From: Faecousia sp.
GTDB lineage: Bacteria; Bacillota; Clostridia; Oscillospirales; Oscillospiraceae
DNA: 64,000 nt
Assembly (NCBI GenBank): GCA_029257335.1
Contig: JARIBV010000026.1
Span: 78 to 64,077, forward strand
Reading direction: 5' to 3'
The position numbers and the translations under genes are program-made. Of the stretch, positions 19,468-29,443 are shown piece by piece (position 1 is the stretch's first letter; the number at the start of each line of letters is the position of its first letter). The notes under the pieces were generated by a model. That model had not been told where the DNA came from and made no database searches. It saw only the letters and a program-made list of their open reading frames with translations.

Positions 19468-19512
19468 TCAAAAATAAGTGCTTTTCATGAGAGGGAAAGC
19501 ACTTATTTTTGA
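19468..19512. terminator. terminator-like inverted repeat after the kinase
   Basis: TCAAAAATAAGTGCTTT...AAAGCACTTATTTTTGA. Confidence 0.7.
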
Positions 19513-19690
19513 TTCCCTGTGAAATGCCGTTCGAGGAACCCGTGCTGTGTAGGAAAATCGTAAGAATTTCCGCAGGGAACCATCAGAATTTCTTACGAGG
19601 AAACAAGAACACTTTTCCTCCATGATTGCTATTATTATCACATAAAAAATATGCTTCCGGCTTGGAAGCAGTACCAGGAGGGTATCCTTT

Positions 19691-20527
19691 ATGGCAAAGA
19701 AACAAGCTTTGTATAAAAAGAAGCGCTCCCACGGCAGACTGAAATGGATGTTGATCCTATTGCTTGCCATTGGGTTTGGAGCTGCAGGGCTTTATTTTTC
19801 TTCTCTGAGGGAGTTTATTACTTCGGGCAGCAGCGGACATTTGGCCCTTGATTCGGTGCAAAACCCTGGGTTTCAAAAGGACTTGGAGGCCTTTGCCAGA
19901 GAACACGATCTGGACCTGAGCCAATGGCCCCAGGATCTGCTGGAAGCTGCACAGCGAAATCCGGAGATGGAGCGTTTTGTTCTCCACTATCCCATAAACA
20001 AAGACAGTATGCCGGAAATTGATCTGGACGAGTATCAAAACGCCGACAGCGTGCCCCTTCTTCTGCAGTGGGATGAGCGGTGGGGTTACACCCAATATGC
20101 GGGAGGGCCCATGGGCCTGACGGGATGCGGCCCCACATGTCTGTCCATGGTCAGCATCTACCTGCTCCATAACCCCTCCTATGATCCCCGATACATTGCG
20201 GAATTCAGCATAGAAAACGGATACAGCGTTCCCGGAAGCGGCAGCGCATGGGCTCTGATTTCAGATGGCGGAGAACAGCTTGGTTTGGATGTGACGGAAA
20301 TTCCACTGGACAAGGATCGCATCATTCAAAATCTGGAGGTAGGAAACCCGATCATCTGTGTGATGGGCCCGGGAGATTTTACCACAACAGGGCATTTTAT
20401 TGTGATGACCGACTATATCGACGGTAAAATCAAAGTAAATGATCCAAACAGTGAGACACGGTCCGAAATGCTGTGGGAGTACGAAAAAATTCAAGATCAA
20501 ATACTGAACCTTTGGGTCTGCCGATAA
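19691..20527 (+). CDS. membrane-anchored C39-like (papain-fold) peptidase
   Basis: N-terminal TM; QWDERWG, GCGPTCLSM (Cys), GHFIV (His), NDPN (Asp). Confidence 0.88.
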   Translation: MAKKQALYKKKRSHGRLKWMLILLLAIGFGAAGLYFSSLREFITSGSSGHLALDSVQNPGFQKDLEAFAREHDLDLSQWPQDLLEAAQRNPEMERFVLHYPINKDSMPEIDLDEYQNADSVPLLLQWDERWGYTQYAGGPMGLTGCGPTCLSMVSIYLLHNPSYDPRYIAEFSIENGYSVPGSGSAWALISDGGEQLGLDVTEIPLDKDRIIQNLEVGNPIICVMGPGDFTTTGHFIVMTDYIDGKIKVNDPNSETRSEMLWEYEKIQDQILNLWVCR

Positions 20528-20875
20528 CGGGCGCAGCGCTATGCGCTCCATAGCGGCAGAACACATCTATTGGAAAAGAAAGGATAAAATTGGCAGGGTG
20601 TCTCAATTTGATTTCCGCAGCAGTGGGAGCAAAGGGCGTTTCCGGCGGCATAGGTGCAATTTTCTCATGCTTCTCGTTTTATACTTTGTAAAAGCTTCCT
20701 TTGAGATGCACACTCTGATTAAGGATGTGGATGTGCTGCGCATTTTGTAATCCAGCCTGTTCCTTCTGAATGATACACCATCCTTCTCCCGTGGGTCATC
20801 GGCAGTCATGGACGGAAAAGGTGCTGTGCTCCCTGCCGGAACCGCAACGCCTTTTCTCTTACGATCCTTTCCACA

Positions 20876-20910
20876 AAAATGAGGTGCCACAGCCTGCGGC
20901 ACCTCATTTT
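20876..20910. terminator. bidirectional terminator
   Basis: AAAATGAGGTGCC...GGCACCTCATTTT. Confidence 0.75.
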
Positions 20911-20970
20911 CTCCATGACTGTTAGAAAAACCGGGTTTGAAAAACACAAACAATATCTTTTGCTGCAAGG

Positions 20971-21609
20971 TTACAATGTAGAATAGCCGCCGCCTGTGAC
21001 CAGGGCCTCAATTTTCTCGCCTCTGCGGCACATGGGGCAGTTGTGGGCACTGTAGCTGGCATAATCCGGAAGGTCGGAGACCTGGAACAGGGAGTGAATG
21101 GGCGTTCCATCCTCCGCTGTATCCTTGGCACTGTAAATGGCAGAAACCCCCGCCACAATACCGCCATAGTAGCGGACGCAGTCCATGCTGCGGCTGATGG
21201 TAATGCCGGTGGTGGCGGAAGCCATCAGAATGAGTACATGCTTTCCCTTAATCATGGGGTAGAGATTTTCCCGGAAGAACAACTGGGATTCGCTGCTGGT
21301 TTCCGGAGTAACCACATAGATGGTCTGGTGGGCGTTGATGGACATGAAGCCTTCCTTGGTCAGCTCCTCTGCCAGACAGGTACCCACAACCTCCATACCA
21401 TCCAGACACAAAATGGTATCCACAATGGTGGAATTCACATACTGCTTCACCATTGCTTTTGCCGTGGCTTGGGCCTCGCTCAGTCTGGACTTCTGAAAGG
21501 TGACATCGATGTAGTAATTGATGTGGCTATGGTTGGTTACAAAATGTCCTTTGCACACACGCAGGGCCACATTACTTTTCCGAACAGGAAGTTTTACTAA
21601 ATTCAGCAT
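20971..21609 (-). CDS. phosphoribosyltransferase-fold protein (orotate PRTase-like)
   Basis: GHFVTNHSHINYYID, KHVLILMASATTG and C-terminal CPMC. Confidence 0.75.
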   Translation of the reverse strand: MLNLVKLPVRKSNVALRVCKGHFVTNHSHINYYIDVTFQKSRLSEAQATAKAMVKQYVNSTIVDTILCLDGMEVVGTCLAEELTKEGFMSINAHQTIYVVTPETSSESQLFFRENLYPMIKGKHVLILMASATTGITISRSMDCVRYYGGIVAGVSAIYSAKDTAEDGTPIHSLFQVSDLPDYASYSAHNCPMCRRGEKIEALVTGGGYSTL

Positions 21610-21724
21610 GTTTTCTCCTCCAATTCTAAAAGGCGCTATGCCCCGACTGGGGCAAAACGCCTTTTTTTCATTATATCCTATGATTTAATAAATTGGCAAG
21701 AGAAAAATGTAAATATTTAACGGA

Positions 21725-22075
21725 TTACCCTGCCAATCTTTTACATCCCATTTTATACACATTGCACGAAAGCAAGTTATAGTAGGTCAGGCGGTCCTCA
21801 TCCTGAAGTCTGCGGATCGTTTTTGCCAGATTTTGGCAGTCCTCCGGACTTTTGAGCAGATCAAAGCCCTGGTCAATTTCATTCAGGCTTCTATGCTCCA
21901 GCCAGGAGGCCAGACACTTATAATGAGAATCCCAAAGCTCCCTGGCTTTTCCTGCCTCGCCCCGCTCCAGCGCCTGCGCTACTTCCTCTGTGGCATGGTG
22001 CACCGTCATTTGAGACCATAGCCCCAGAGTGAACAAAATTGCCAGAATTCCCAGCCCCAGTGCCAGATGTTTCAT
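21725..22075 (-). CDS. DUF4363 family protein
   Basis: N-terminal TM plus helical domain; coupled to the DUF421 gene, a usual pairing. Confidence 0.65.
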   Translation of the reverse strand: MKHLALGLGILAILFTLGLWSQMTVHHATEEVAQALERGEAGKARELWDSHYKCLASWLEHRSLNEIDQGFDLLKSPEDCQNLAKTIRRLQDEDRLTYYNLLSCNVYKMGCKRLAG

Positions 22076-22749
22076 GTTCCTTTCTCCTTTCGCACAAAAA
22101 AGACTTTCCCTGATGCATCCACCGTAAGAAGCAGAGTCCCGGACAAGCTACACCCCTTGCTCTTCAGAACCTCTGTGAGCCAGGGCCGGTCTTTCCCGAT
22201 CATACTCAGATTCTCCTCCAGCAATATCCCGTCCGAAATGATGGTCACCGGAAGGCTCTGCTGTTTGACTCGAATTCCCGCTTCTGCCGCTGATGCCGGA
22301 GCATACTGAGGATAGAGAAACACGGAAATTTGTCCGTTGGTTTCCAAAATCGCATATTGAACCGTAGAAAGATCCAGAATCTCCCGCTGCCGCAAATACT
22401 CCGTCAGTTCATCCAGGGTAATCCTGGTCCTGACCAGATTGCGCTGATTGATTCTCCCCTCATCTATGAGAATGACAGGTTTTCCGCACAGCATGCGTCT
22501 GAACGGAATGTTCCACATGGACAGAACCGCAAGAATCAGCTGCAATGCCAGCACCGTCAGAATGGGTGCAATTCCCCAGGCAAGGGGGATTCCCATGTCC
22601 TGCATGGGAATGGAGGCCAGATTGGAAATCAGCATGGTAACCACAAATTCCATCGGCTCCATTTCTCCGATCTGCCGCTTTCCCATCAGTCGTACAGATA
22701 AAATCAGCGCCGTATACAAGATCATTGTTCTTACTATGGTCAAAAGCAT
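22072..22749 (-). CDS. DUF421/YetF family membrane protein
   Basis: RLMGKRQIGE, GKPVILI, AILETNGQISV; possible SigF/G-type promoter at 22767-22795. Confidence 0.88.
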   Translation of the reverse strand: MLLTIVRTMILYTALILSVRLMGKRQIGEMEPMEFVVTMLISNLASIPMQDMGIPLAWGIAPILTVLALQLILAVLSMWNIPFRRMLCGKPVILIDEGRINQRNLVRTRITLDELTEYLRQREILDLSTVQYAILETNGQISVFLYPQYAPASAAEAGIRVKQQSLPVTIISDGILLEENLSMIGKDRPWLTEVLKSKGCSLSGTLLLTVDASGKVFFVRKEKGT

Positions 22750-22887
22750 GGTCTCACCTCCTGCACAGTTTTCCACAGGGGCTATGAAAATATACCTGAT
22801 TCCATTGCGCAAAAAAACTGGGTCCCAGTTTCGGAACCCAGTTCAGTGTATTTTGTTCTGTCAAATCGTACTTGCGGCTGCGCTTCC

Positions 22888-25800
22888 TTAGGGCTTGGGA
22901 GACACATCCTTTGCCCGATACAGAATGGTCACAATCTGCGCCCGAACACAGATATTGCCGGGTGCAAAGCGATTGTCTCCCACACCATCCACGATTTCAT
23001 TCTCAGCGGCCCAAGCCACAGCTTCCGTATAGTACTTGGAGGAAGCCACATCGGTGAAGCCTGTATTGGTATCATTGGGGGTAGGCTCATTCTTAAACCG
23101 CCACAGGAAGGTCACAATTTCCGCACGGGTGCAAATCCCCTCGGGATGAAATTTGGTTTCGGTAACACCGGTGGTGATTCCGTTCTCCACAGCCCACAAA
23201 ACAGGGATATAGTAGTATCTGTCAGAGGACACATCTACAAAAGGATTTTCTGTGATGGTGGGAGTGGGGCAGCCGGCTGCACGCCACAGGAAGGTTACGA
23301 CCTGCCCTCTGGTGCTGGGGCCCTTGGGATTAAACTTGTTGTTTCCTACGCCATCTGTGATCTTGTTTTCAACCGCCCAGATCACAGGCTCATAGAAATA
23401 AGAGCCGGGCTGCACATCCTCAAAGCTTACGGCCGGGTTTTCATCGGGTTTTTCATCCGGCTTTTCATCTGGCTTTCCCTGCATGGTATCTGTCAGGTCG
23501 TACAGGCTTGTCATGCCTTCTGCCATACGCTGATAGGATGTCAGTGCATAGGTGACCTGCTCTGTGGACATAGCATCCCCCTTGCTTGCATCCTTGTAGC
23601 CAAAGCCGGATTCTGCCTTATAACTATGCAGATAACCAATCAGATTGGTTTTCCCCCTTGTAAAGCCGGATTCTGCTTTCACTGGATCCATTTTCAATGC
23701 CGTCACTGCTGTGAGAACCTGAGAAGTAGTACAGCTATCAGGATACCCGCCCTTGGGAGACAGATTCTCTTTCATGTACGCCACGGCACGATCCACTGCA
23801 TCCTTGACCGCAGGGTACTGTACATCATTATAATAGGGTGCCAGCGCCTGAACCACCATACCGGTCATGTCCATGCTGATGGTTTTGTTGTCAAAGAGGC
23901 CAAATCCGCCGTTTTCTGCCTGGAAGGAAAGGATCTTGGAAATCAGTTTTTCTCTTGTCCACATTGCATCGGAAGGAATCTCAGACTTCCAGCCATCCAG
24001 CGCAATCAAGGCCCATGTGGGATAGTTTGAAGAACCATTTTCGATTCGGTCAGAATTGTACAGTCTCTCCAGCAGATTTACTCCGCCAACCGCACAGGGG
24101 TCTTTGCCCATGGCCTCCAGGGTAATCACCACACGGGCAAAATCCGTAGGCACCATATTCTTGCTGTCATTTTCCACCTTTTCTGCCACACTGGCATAAT
24201 ACTGATCCAGTTTTTCCTGGGCAACGGATTCCCCCGTTCTCAGGGTGGTAAAAAGATTCCATTCCTTGCCGTACCCATATGCATCCAGCTTCTTCAGTTC
24301 TGCGACACCATGTGCAATATCTTCCTTCGCAAGCTTGAGATAGTCAATCTCGACCGGGCGTTCTCCGTCTTTTGTTACATGGACGGTAAATTCAACAGGC
24401 TTGCAGTTTGCGGTGTCATCCAGAGGCGTGCCGGTTACCTTTACCACACCGGCGGCATTGGCCGTCAGGCTATGGGTGATCCACTGATGAACCCCAACAT
24501 CGGAAGGATCGGTATTGATGGTATCTCCGACAGTAACGATCCCCTCCTGATCGTAGGTCCAACGGAATCTCTGCTCTGTTGCGTTTGCAGGGACTGTATC
24601 AATTTCGAGATTGATATAGTCACCCTCCTTCATATACAGAGTTTCCTCTTTTACGGATGCCTTTTCCAAGGGATGCAGATATTTAAACTCCACACTAACA
24701 CTCTGTGTAAGAGTGGGATTATCGATACTGGTCAGTTCAAACCGAGCTATGCCTGCCTTTTTGGGTACAATTCCATTGTGAAACTCATACATATGGGTTG
24801 CAACCTCAGGGTCCAGCGCCTTCCAAACCAGCTTGGTATTTCCTGCATTCGCAGGCGCATAAGTAAACTGATAATTCTTTGCAGGATCAGTTCCCTCTGT
24901 AATACCCAGATATCCTTCAGCCAATCCGCTCCACTTGTCGATGTACCACACAGCAGGAACTGTCACATGAAAGCTTTCCAGCCCTACATGGTTAGAAACC
25001 GCCCTGAACTGTGCCTGTAGATTATTTTCCAGGAATGTAACCTGGAAGGTTGCCTCTCCATTATTAGAAACCTGAAAGGCTCCGGTGCTATCTATAATCC
25101 CATCGCCGCCAGCTTTGTCATATTCCAAGGCCTGAGTCTTGGGAATCGTGACCCACTGCTCAGAGCCCTTCAGTTTTCCCTTCACGTTGATATCTACCCG
25201 TTTGGTACCATCTACCTGATAGGGCTTGTCCATAGACACTTCCTGATCCCCAACAAAAACCTTGATTTGCTCAATATTAGAGGTAACATTGTCAATATAG
25301 AAGGTCTTGATGACTTCATTGGGATTGTCTTTGTTGCGAACTGTTGCAGTGACTTTCTCCACATGGCGGGGACAGTAACGTCCGGAGCCATTGATCCAGT
25401 AATGCTTGTTGATATATTCCAACTGGGTCATGCAGTCCCAATCTGCCTTTTTATCGGTTCCTGCAAGGATAAAAGTACCCTGATCCAACGCATTCAGCGT
25501 AAAAGTATCCTTGCTGTCCATCTTCTGCACCTCACCATTATCGTACTGAAAATAGACATAAGGGCCCTCCGGTTCTGTGCTGATTTCCGGGGTATTGGGC
25601 TTCAGCACAGGATGGCCATTTTCTCCTTTTACCCATTCAGAGCCGTACTGGCCTCGATTCTCATTCAAAGCAGCCAGCAGTGCATCGCTGTTCAGTTCTT
25701 CCTCAGTTTTTGCTCCGCTGTTTTTCATTGCCTTGGCAGGGATCTGATCAGAAGGTTTCAGCGTGTTCTTCCAGTAGGTGTTCTCCACTGTGCCATCCGT

Positions 25801-26430
25801 GTATCGGCCTGCAATAGCGGTTCCGCCCAGACCATTCTCATTTCCTACAGAAAGGCAGTTGGAAATTGTACCACCATCCAAATGCAGAGTAAATCCGCTG
25901 GCATAACCACCGGACACCTCGGATACGCAGTTGATAACGGAACCTTTAATTGCATTCCCGCAGGGTCCATACTCCCCCTCACCCTCATATGTGCTTGCAA
26001 TCAAGCCGGCGAAACGGACATTCTGAATCACAGCCCCGGCTTCGATGGTTTTAAACAAATAATAGGATGTCTTTCTGCTGAATGTGACTGTGTGGCCTCT
26101 GCCATCGAAGGTTCCGCAGAAAGGTTGCAGCCATTCATACTTTTTGTCCAGAACAATATCCGCATTCAGGACATAATATCCCTCCGGATCAGAAGGATTG
26201 ATTTTTCTCATATCCTCTACGGAGGAGATTGTGACGATCTTACTTTGGTCAGCAGGAGGTGCTACGGGGGACACTGCCGCACCATTCTGCGCTCCCTGCT
26301 TGTTTTTTGCTTCTTCTGTTGCCGGGTTGTTTTTGGCTTGCGCCGGCACCAAGAATGTGGGCAATAGCATTGCCATTACCAGCAGCAGGCTGAAAACTCG
26401 CTTGTACCATAGTTTGTTGGTAGATTTCAC
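22888..26430 (-). CDS. S-layer-anchored surface protein with Ig-like domains and a prenyltransferase/squalene-oxidase-type alpha barrel
   Basis: Signal peptide; FCGTFDGRGHTV; QAENGGFG...DMTGMVVQAL; KPDE linker; three C-terminal SLH repeats (TRGQVVTFLWR, TRAEIVTFLWR, VRAQIVTILYR). Confidence 0.85.
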   Translation of the reverse strand: MKSTNKLWYKRVFSLLLVMAMLLPTFLVPAQAKNNPATEEAKNKQGAQNGAAVSPVAPPADQSKIVTISSVEDMRKINPSDPEGYYVLNADIVLDKKYEWLQPFCGTFDGRGHTVTFSRKTSYYLFKTIEAGAVIQNVRFAGLIASTYEGEGEYGPCGNAIKGSVINCVSEVSGGYASGFTLHLDGGTISNCLSVGNENGLGGTAIAGRYTDGTVENTYWKNTLKPSDQIPAKAMKNSGAKTEEELNSDALLAALNENRGQYGSEWVKGENGHPVLKPNTPEISTEPEGPYVYFQYDNGEVQKMDSKDTFTLNALDQGTFILAGTDKKADWDCMTQLEYINKHYWINGSGRYCPRHVEKVTATVRNKDNPNEVIKTFYIDNVTSNIEQIKVFVGDQEVSMDKPYQVDGTKRVDINVKGKLKGSEQWVTIPKTQALEYDKAGGDGIIDSTGAFQVSNNGEATFQVTFLENNLQAQFRAVSNHVGLESFHVTVPAVWYIDKWSGLAEGYLGITEGTDPAKNYQFTYAPANAGNTKLVWKALDPEVATHMYEFHNGIVPKKAGIARFELTSIDNPTLTQSVSVEFKYLHPLEKASVKEETLYMKEGDYINLEIDTVPANATEQRFRWTYDQEGIVTVGDTINTDPSDVGVHQWITHSLTANAAGVVKVTGTPLDDTANCKPVEFTVHVTKDGERPVEIDYLKLAKEDIAHGVAELKKLDAYGYGKEWNLFTTLRTGESVAQEKLDQYYASVAEKVENDSKNMVPTDFARVVITLEAMGKDPCAVGGVNLLERLYNSDRIENGSSNYPTWALIALDGWKSEIPSDAMWTREKLISKILSFQAENGGFGLFDNKTISMDMTGMVVQALAPYYNDVQYPAVKDAVDRAVAYMKENLSPKGGYPDSCTTSQVLTAVTALKMDPVKAESGFTRGKTNLIGYLHSYKAESGFGYKDASKGDAMSTEQVTYALTSYQRMAEGMTSLYDLTDTMQGKPDEKPDEKPDENPAVSFEDVQPGSYFYEPVIWAVENKITDGVGNNKFNPKGPSTRGQVVTFLWRAAGCPTPTITENPFVDVSSDRYYYIPVLWAVENGITTGVTETKFHPEGICTRAEIVTFLWRFKNEPTPNDTNTGFTDVASSKYYTEAVAWAAENEIVDGVGDNRFAPGNICVRAQIVTILYRAKDVSPKP

Positions 26431-26572
26431 TCTATGGACTTCCTTTCCTTTTTAATTTTTCTGCGTCATCGCATTTTCCAGCAACTGTATATGGGCAGCG
26501 AATATTCTGTCTAAACTCCTGTTCCTCTACGATAAAGATGCTGATGCGACATGCAGCGTCCCGTATATGCAC

Positions 26573-26612
26573 AAAAAAAGCAGCCTTTCCTCAATGTTGA
26601 AAGACTACTTTC
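26573..26612 (-). terminator. riboswitch expression-platform terminator
   Basis: Minus strand AGTAGTCTTTC...GAAAGGCTGCT followed by TTTTTT, located between the riboswitch and the start codon. Confidence 0.7.
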
Positions 26613-26715
26613 TCAGTACATGCGCAATATACCCACAGCAAAGACGCGCACTGCTCCATACGCACCCTTCCATGTAAAGAATCATTCTCTCAGCCTAAAA
26701 TATTCTTTTCTCCAC

Positions 26716-26880
26716 ACGGCAGGTCTCCTGGCTCCGCTTCTCTTTCTGAGGCACCTTCTCGGAATCAATTCCAATGGTAACTGCCCCATCATCCACGTTA
26801 CAGTAGAGGTGACTGCTCCGGTTTTTCACCGGATTCCCTTTTAAGATTCTTCTCTTAGGAAGAACAACCGCATGGCATAT
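26716..26880 (-). promoter_or_regulatory. cobalamin (AdoCbl) riboswitch
   Basis: Minus strand has AAAAGGGAATCCGGTGAAAAACCGGAGCAGTCACCTCTACTGTAA, CCATTGG...GAGAAGG and the B12-box AGCCAGGAGACCTGCC. Confidence 0.93.
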
Positions 26881-27215
26881 TTGCCTATTCAGTTATGCTT
26901 TACGCGCTGACGATTGTAGCATAAGCAGCATCTGTTGTCAACACCATTTTTTATAAATATTTTCAATTTTATCTGCTTTTGCACACAGTATCAGGATAAA
27001 CTATTCTATTTTTTTGCTTTTAAAAACCTATGTATCACCCATTTACTGTCCCTCCTACGGAGAACTTATCCAGCACAAAGTTTTTCTTTACTTTTTTTGG
27101 AGCCTGTGCAATAATAGGCTCATCATTCATCATAACAACATTTTAATCAGTAGCACATTATTGCGAAAGATCCATAATTTTGCGTGCCGATATACTTCAT
27201 ATGGAGGAATGCTCG

Positions 27216-28106
27216 ATGAAATTAGAAATGAAAAACATCCACAAATCCTTTGGAGAAAAGCAGGTATTGCAGGGCATCTCCCTAACTGCGGAAGGAGGAA
27301 AAGCCTTCGGCCTGCTTGGCAGAAACGGTGCAGGTAAGACCACCTCGATCCGCATTTTGATGGATGTGTTCCCCCCGGACAGCGGCGAAGTCCTGTTTGA
27401 TGGAACCCCCATAGACTACGGAACCGTTCAGTTTGGCTATCTGCCGGAGGAAAGAGGCCTGTATCCCAAAAAGAAAATCTTTGACCAGCTGATTTATTTT
27501 GCAGAATTAAAAGGAATGCACCACAAAGATGCCGCCGCCTCCATCGACTACTGGCTGCAGCGTCTGGAGATGGCACAGTACCGAAACAAGCGGCTCGATA
27601 CGCTTTCCAAGGGCAATCAGCAGAAAATCCAGCTGATTACCGCCCTGGCTCATGATCCCCAAATCATAATATTGGACGAGCCTTTTTCCGGACTGGACCC
27701 GGTCAATGCAAAGCTTTTGAAGGATGTTGTAAAGGAAGAAATTGCAAAAGGAAAAATTGTCCTGTTTTCCAGCCATCAGATGAGCTACATTGAAGAGTTC
27801 TGTGACAGCATCGCAATTTTGAACAAAGGCGAGATCGTTCTTTCCGGTGACCTGCACACCATCAAACGGAACTATCCCAGAAACCGCCTGGTGGTGCAGT
27901 CCCAACAGGCAGAAGCAATCAAAGCGGTCTTTGGTTCTGCTTGCACCCAGGAGGAAACCGGCAGTCTGCTGATCACCCTCAACTCCCCTGACGAAAAGCA
28001 GGCCGTAATGAAGCGTCTCACCGAACAGTTTGATATAGACGAGCTTAAAGTGTTTGAGCCTTCCCTGAATGACATTTTTGTGGAGTACGCCGGGGCGCAG
28101 AATTAA
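27216..28106 (+). CDS. ABC transporter ATP-binding protein (YhaQ/NatA-like)
   Basis: GRNGAGKTT, GYLPEERGLY, LSKGNQQK, ILDEPFSGLDP, PSLNDIF. Confidence 0.92.
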   Translation: MKLEMKNIHKSFGEKQVLQGISLTAEGGKAFGLLGRNGAGKTTSIRILMDVFPPDSGEVLFDGTPIDYGTVQFGYLPEERGLYPKKKIFDQLIYFAELKGMHHKDAAASIDYWLQRLEMAQYRNKRLDTLSKGNQQKIQLITALAHDPQIIILDEPFSGLDPVNAKLLKDVVKEEIAKGKIVLFSSHQMSYIEEFCDSIAILNKGEIVLSGDLHTIKRNYPRNRLVVQSQQAEAIKAVFGSACTQEETGSLLITLNSPDEKQAVMKRLTEQFDIDELKVFEPSLNDIFVEYAGAQN

Positions 28107-28118
28107 GGAGACGAGAAT

Positions 28119-29357
28119 ATGAAACAATTCGGTAAAATATTAAAATTTGAGTCAAAAAACTACTTCACCAATAAGGTATTTGTTGGTGTCACGCTGTTTC
28201 TGGTACTTGCCATTGCCGTTGTAATGTTTTTTCCCAGAGTTACCAAGTCCACCGGATCGGAGGAAGTGGCCGCACCGCAGGACCTTCCCATCATGCTGGT
28301 CGTAAGTGATACACAGGCACATGCCCAGTCCCTGGAGGAGTCCTTTTCTGCCGCTTTTCCTTCTTATCGTGTGGTCCTCTCCCAGGGCAGTGTGGAGGAT
28401 GTGAAGGAGAAAATTACATCTGGCGAAGCCGAATGTGCTTTTGTAATTGAAAGCCTTACCGCCTATACATACTATGTGAATAATCTTTCCATGTATGACA
28501 GCAATACACACACCGCAGACACTTTGCTGCAAAAAATTTATCAGATGAACGCCATGTTGGACAGCGGCATGACAGCGCAGGAAGCAGAAAATGCAATTTC
28601 CATCCCGATTGAAAACAAGACGGAAAATCTGGGAAAAAATCAGATGCAGAACTTTTTCTACACCTATATTATGATCTTTGCCCTGTATATGGTCATCTTG
28701 CTCTATGGCCAGATGGTTGCAACCAATGTGGCAACCGAAAAGAGCTCCCGTGCCATGGAGCTGCTGATTACCAGCGCAAAACCTGTGAGCATGATGTTCG
28801 GAAAAGTTATTGCCTCGTGCATCGCGGGACTGATTCAGCTGGTGGCGGTCTTTGGCTCGGCACTGGTTTGCTTCAATCTGAATCAGGAATATTGGGCAGA
28901 AAATCCCATGGTTTCTTCTATTTTCGATATGCCTGTAGATTTGTTCCTTTACATGCTGGTGTTCTTTATTCTGGGATTCTTTATCTACGCCTTCATGTAC
29001 GGAGCCATCGGCTCCACCGCTTCCAAGCTGGAAGATATCAACACCGCCGTCATGCCCATTACCATGCTGTTCGTCGTTGCCTTCCTCGTTGTAATATTCT
29101 CCATGAGCGCCGGAGAAGTGGACACGCTTGTGATGAAGGTGTGTTCTTTCATTCCCTTTACTTCTCCCATGGCAATGTTCACCCGTTTGGCCATGAGCAC
29201 GGTTCCTGTCTATGAGGTAATCCTGTCCATTGTCATTTTGATCGGCTCCGCCGTGGGCATTGGCATCCTCGCCGCTAAAATCTATCGGGTCGGTGTGCTG
29301 CTCTATGGCACAAGGCCCAAGCTTTCTTCCATCTTAAAGGCTCTTAAAAAGGCCTGA
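28119..29357 (+). CDS. ABC-2 transporter permease (YhaP/NatB-like)
   Basis: VATEKSSRAMELL, MFGKV, IPFTSP, IYRVGVL. Confidence 0.9.
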   Translation: MKQFGKILKFESKNYFTNKVFVGVTLFLVLAIAVVMFFPRVTKSTGSEEVAAPQDLPIMLVVSDTQAHAQSLEESFSAAFPSYRVVLSQGSVEDVKEKITSGEAECAFVIESLTAYTYYVNNLSMYDSNTHTADTLLQKIYQMNAMLDSGMTAQEAENAISIPIENKTENLGKNQMQNFFYTYIMIFALYMVILLYGQMVATNVATEKSSRAMELLITSAKPVSMMFGKVIASCIAGLIQLVAVFGSALVCFNLNQEYWAENPMVSSIFDMPVDLFLYMLVFFILGFFIYAFMYGAIGSTASKLEDINTAVMPITMLFVVAFLVVIFSMSAGEVDTLVMKVCSFIPFTSPMAMFTRLAMSTVPVYEVILSIVILIGSAVGIGILAAKIYRVGVLLYGTRPKLSSILKALKKA

Positions 29358-29443
29358 TAAAAACCGAACCATGCAGACAGGACCTCCCAGGGGCTTAGCC
29401 CGGGGAGGTCCTGATGCTTTATGGAATTGAGCGTCTGGGCAGC

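Noticed and set aside
23436-23476. 12-bp tandem repeat (KPDE x3)
   Set aside because: Ordinary linker before the SLH domains; not a CRISPR or regulatory repeat.
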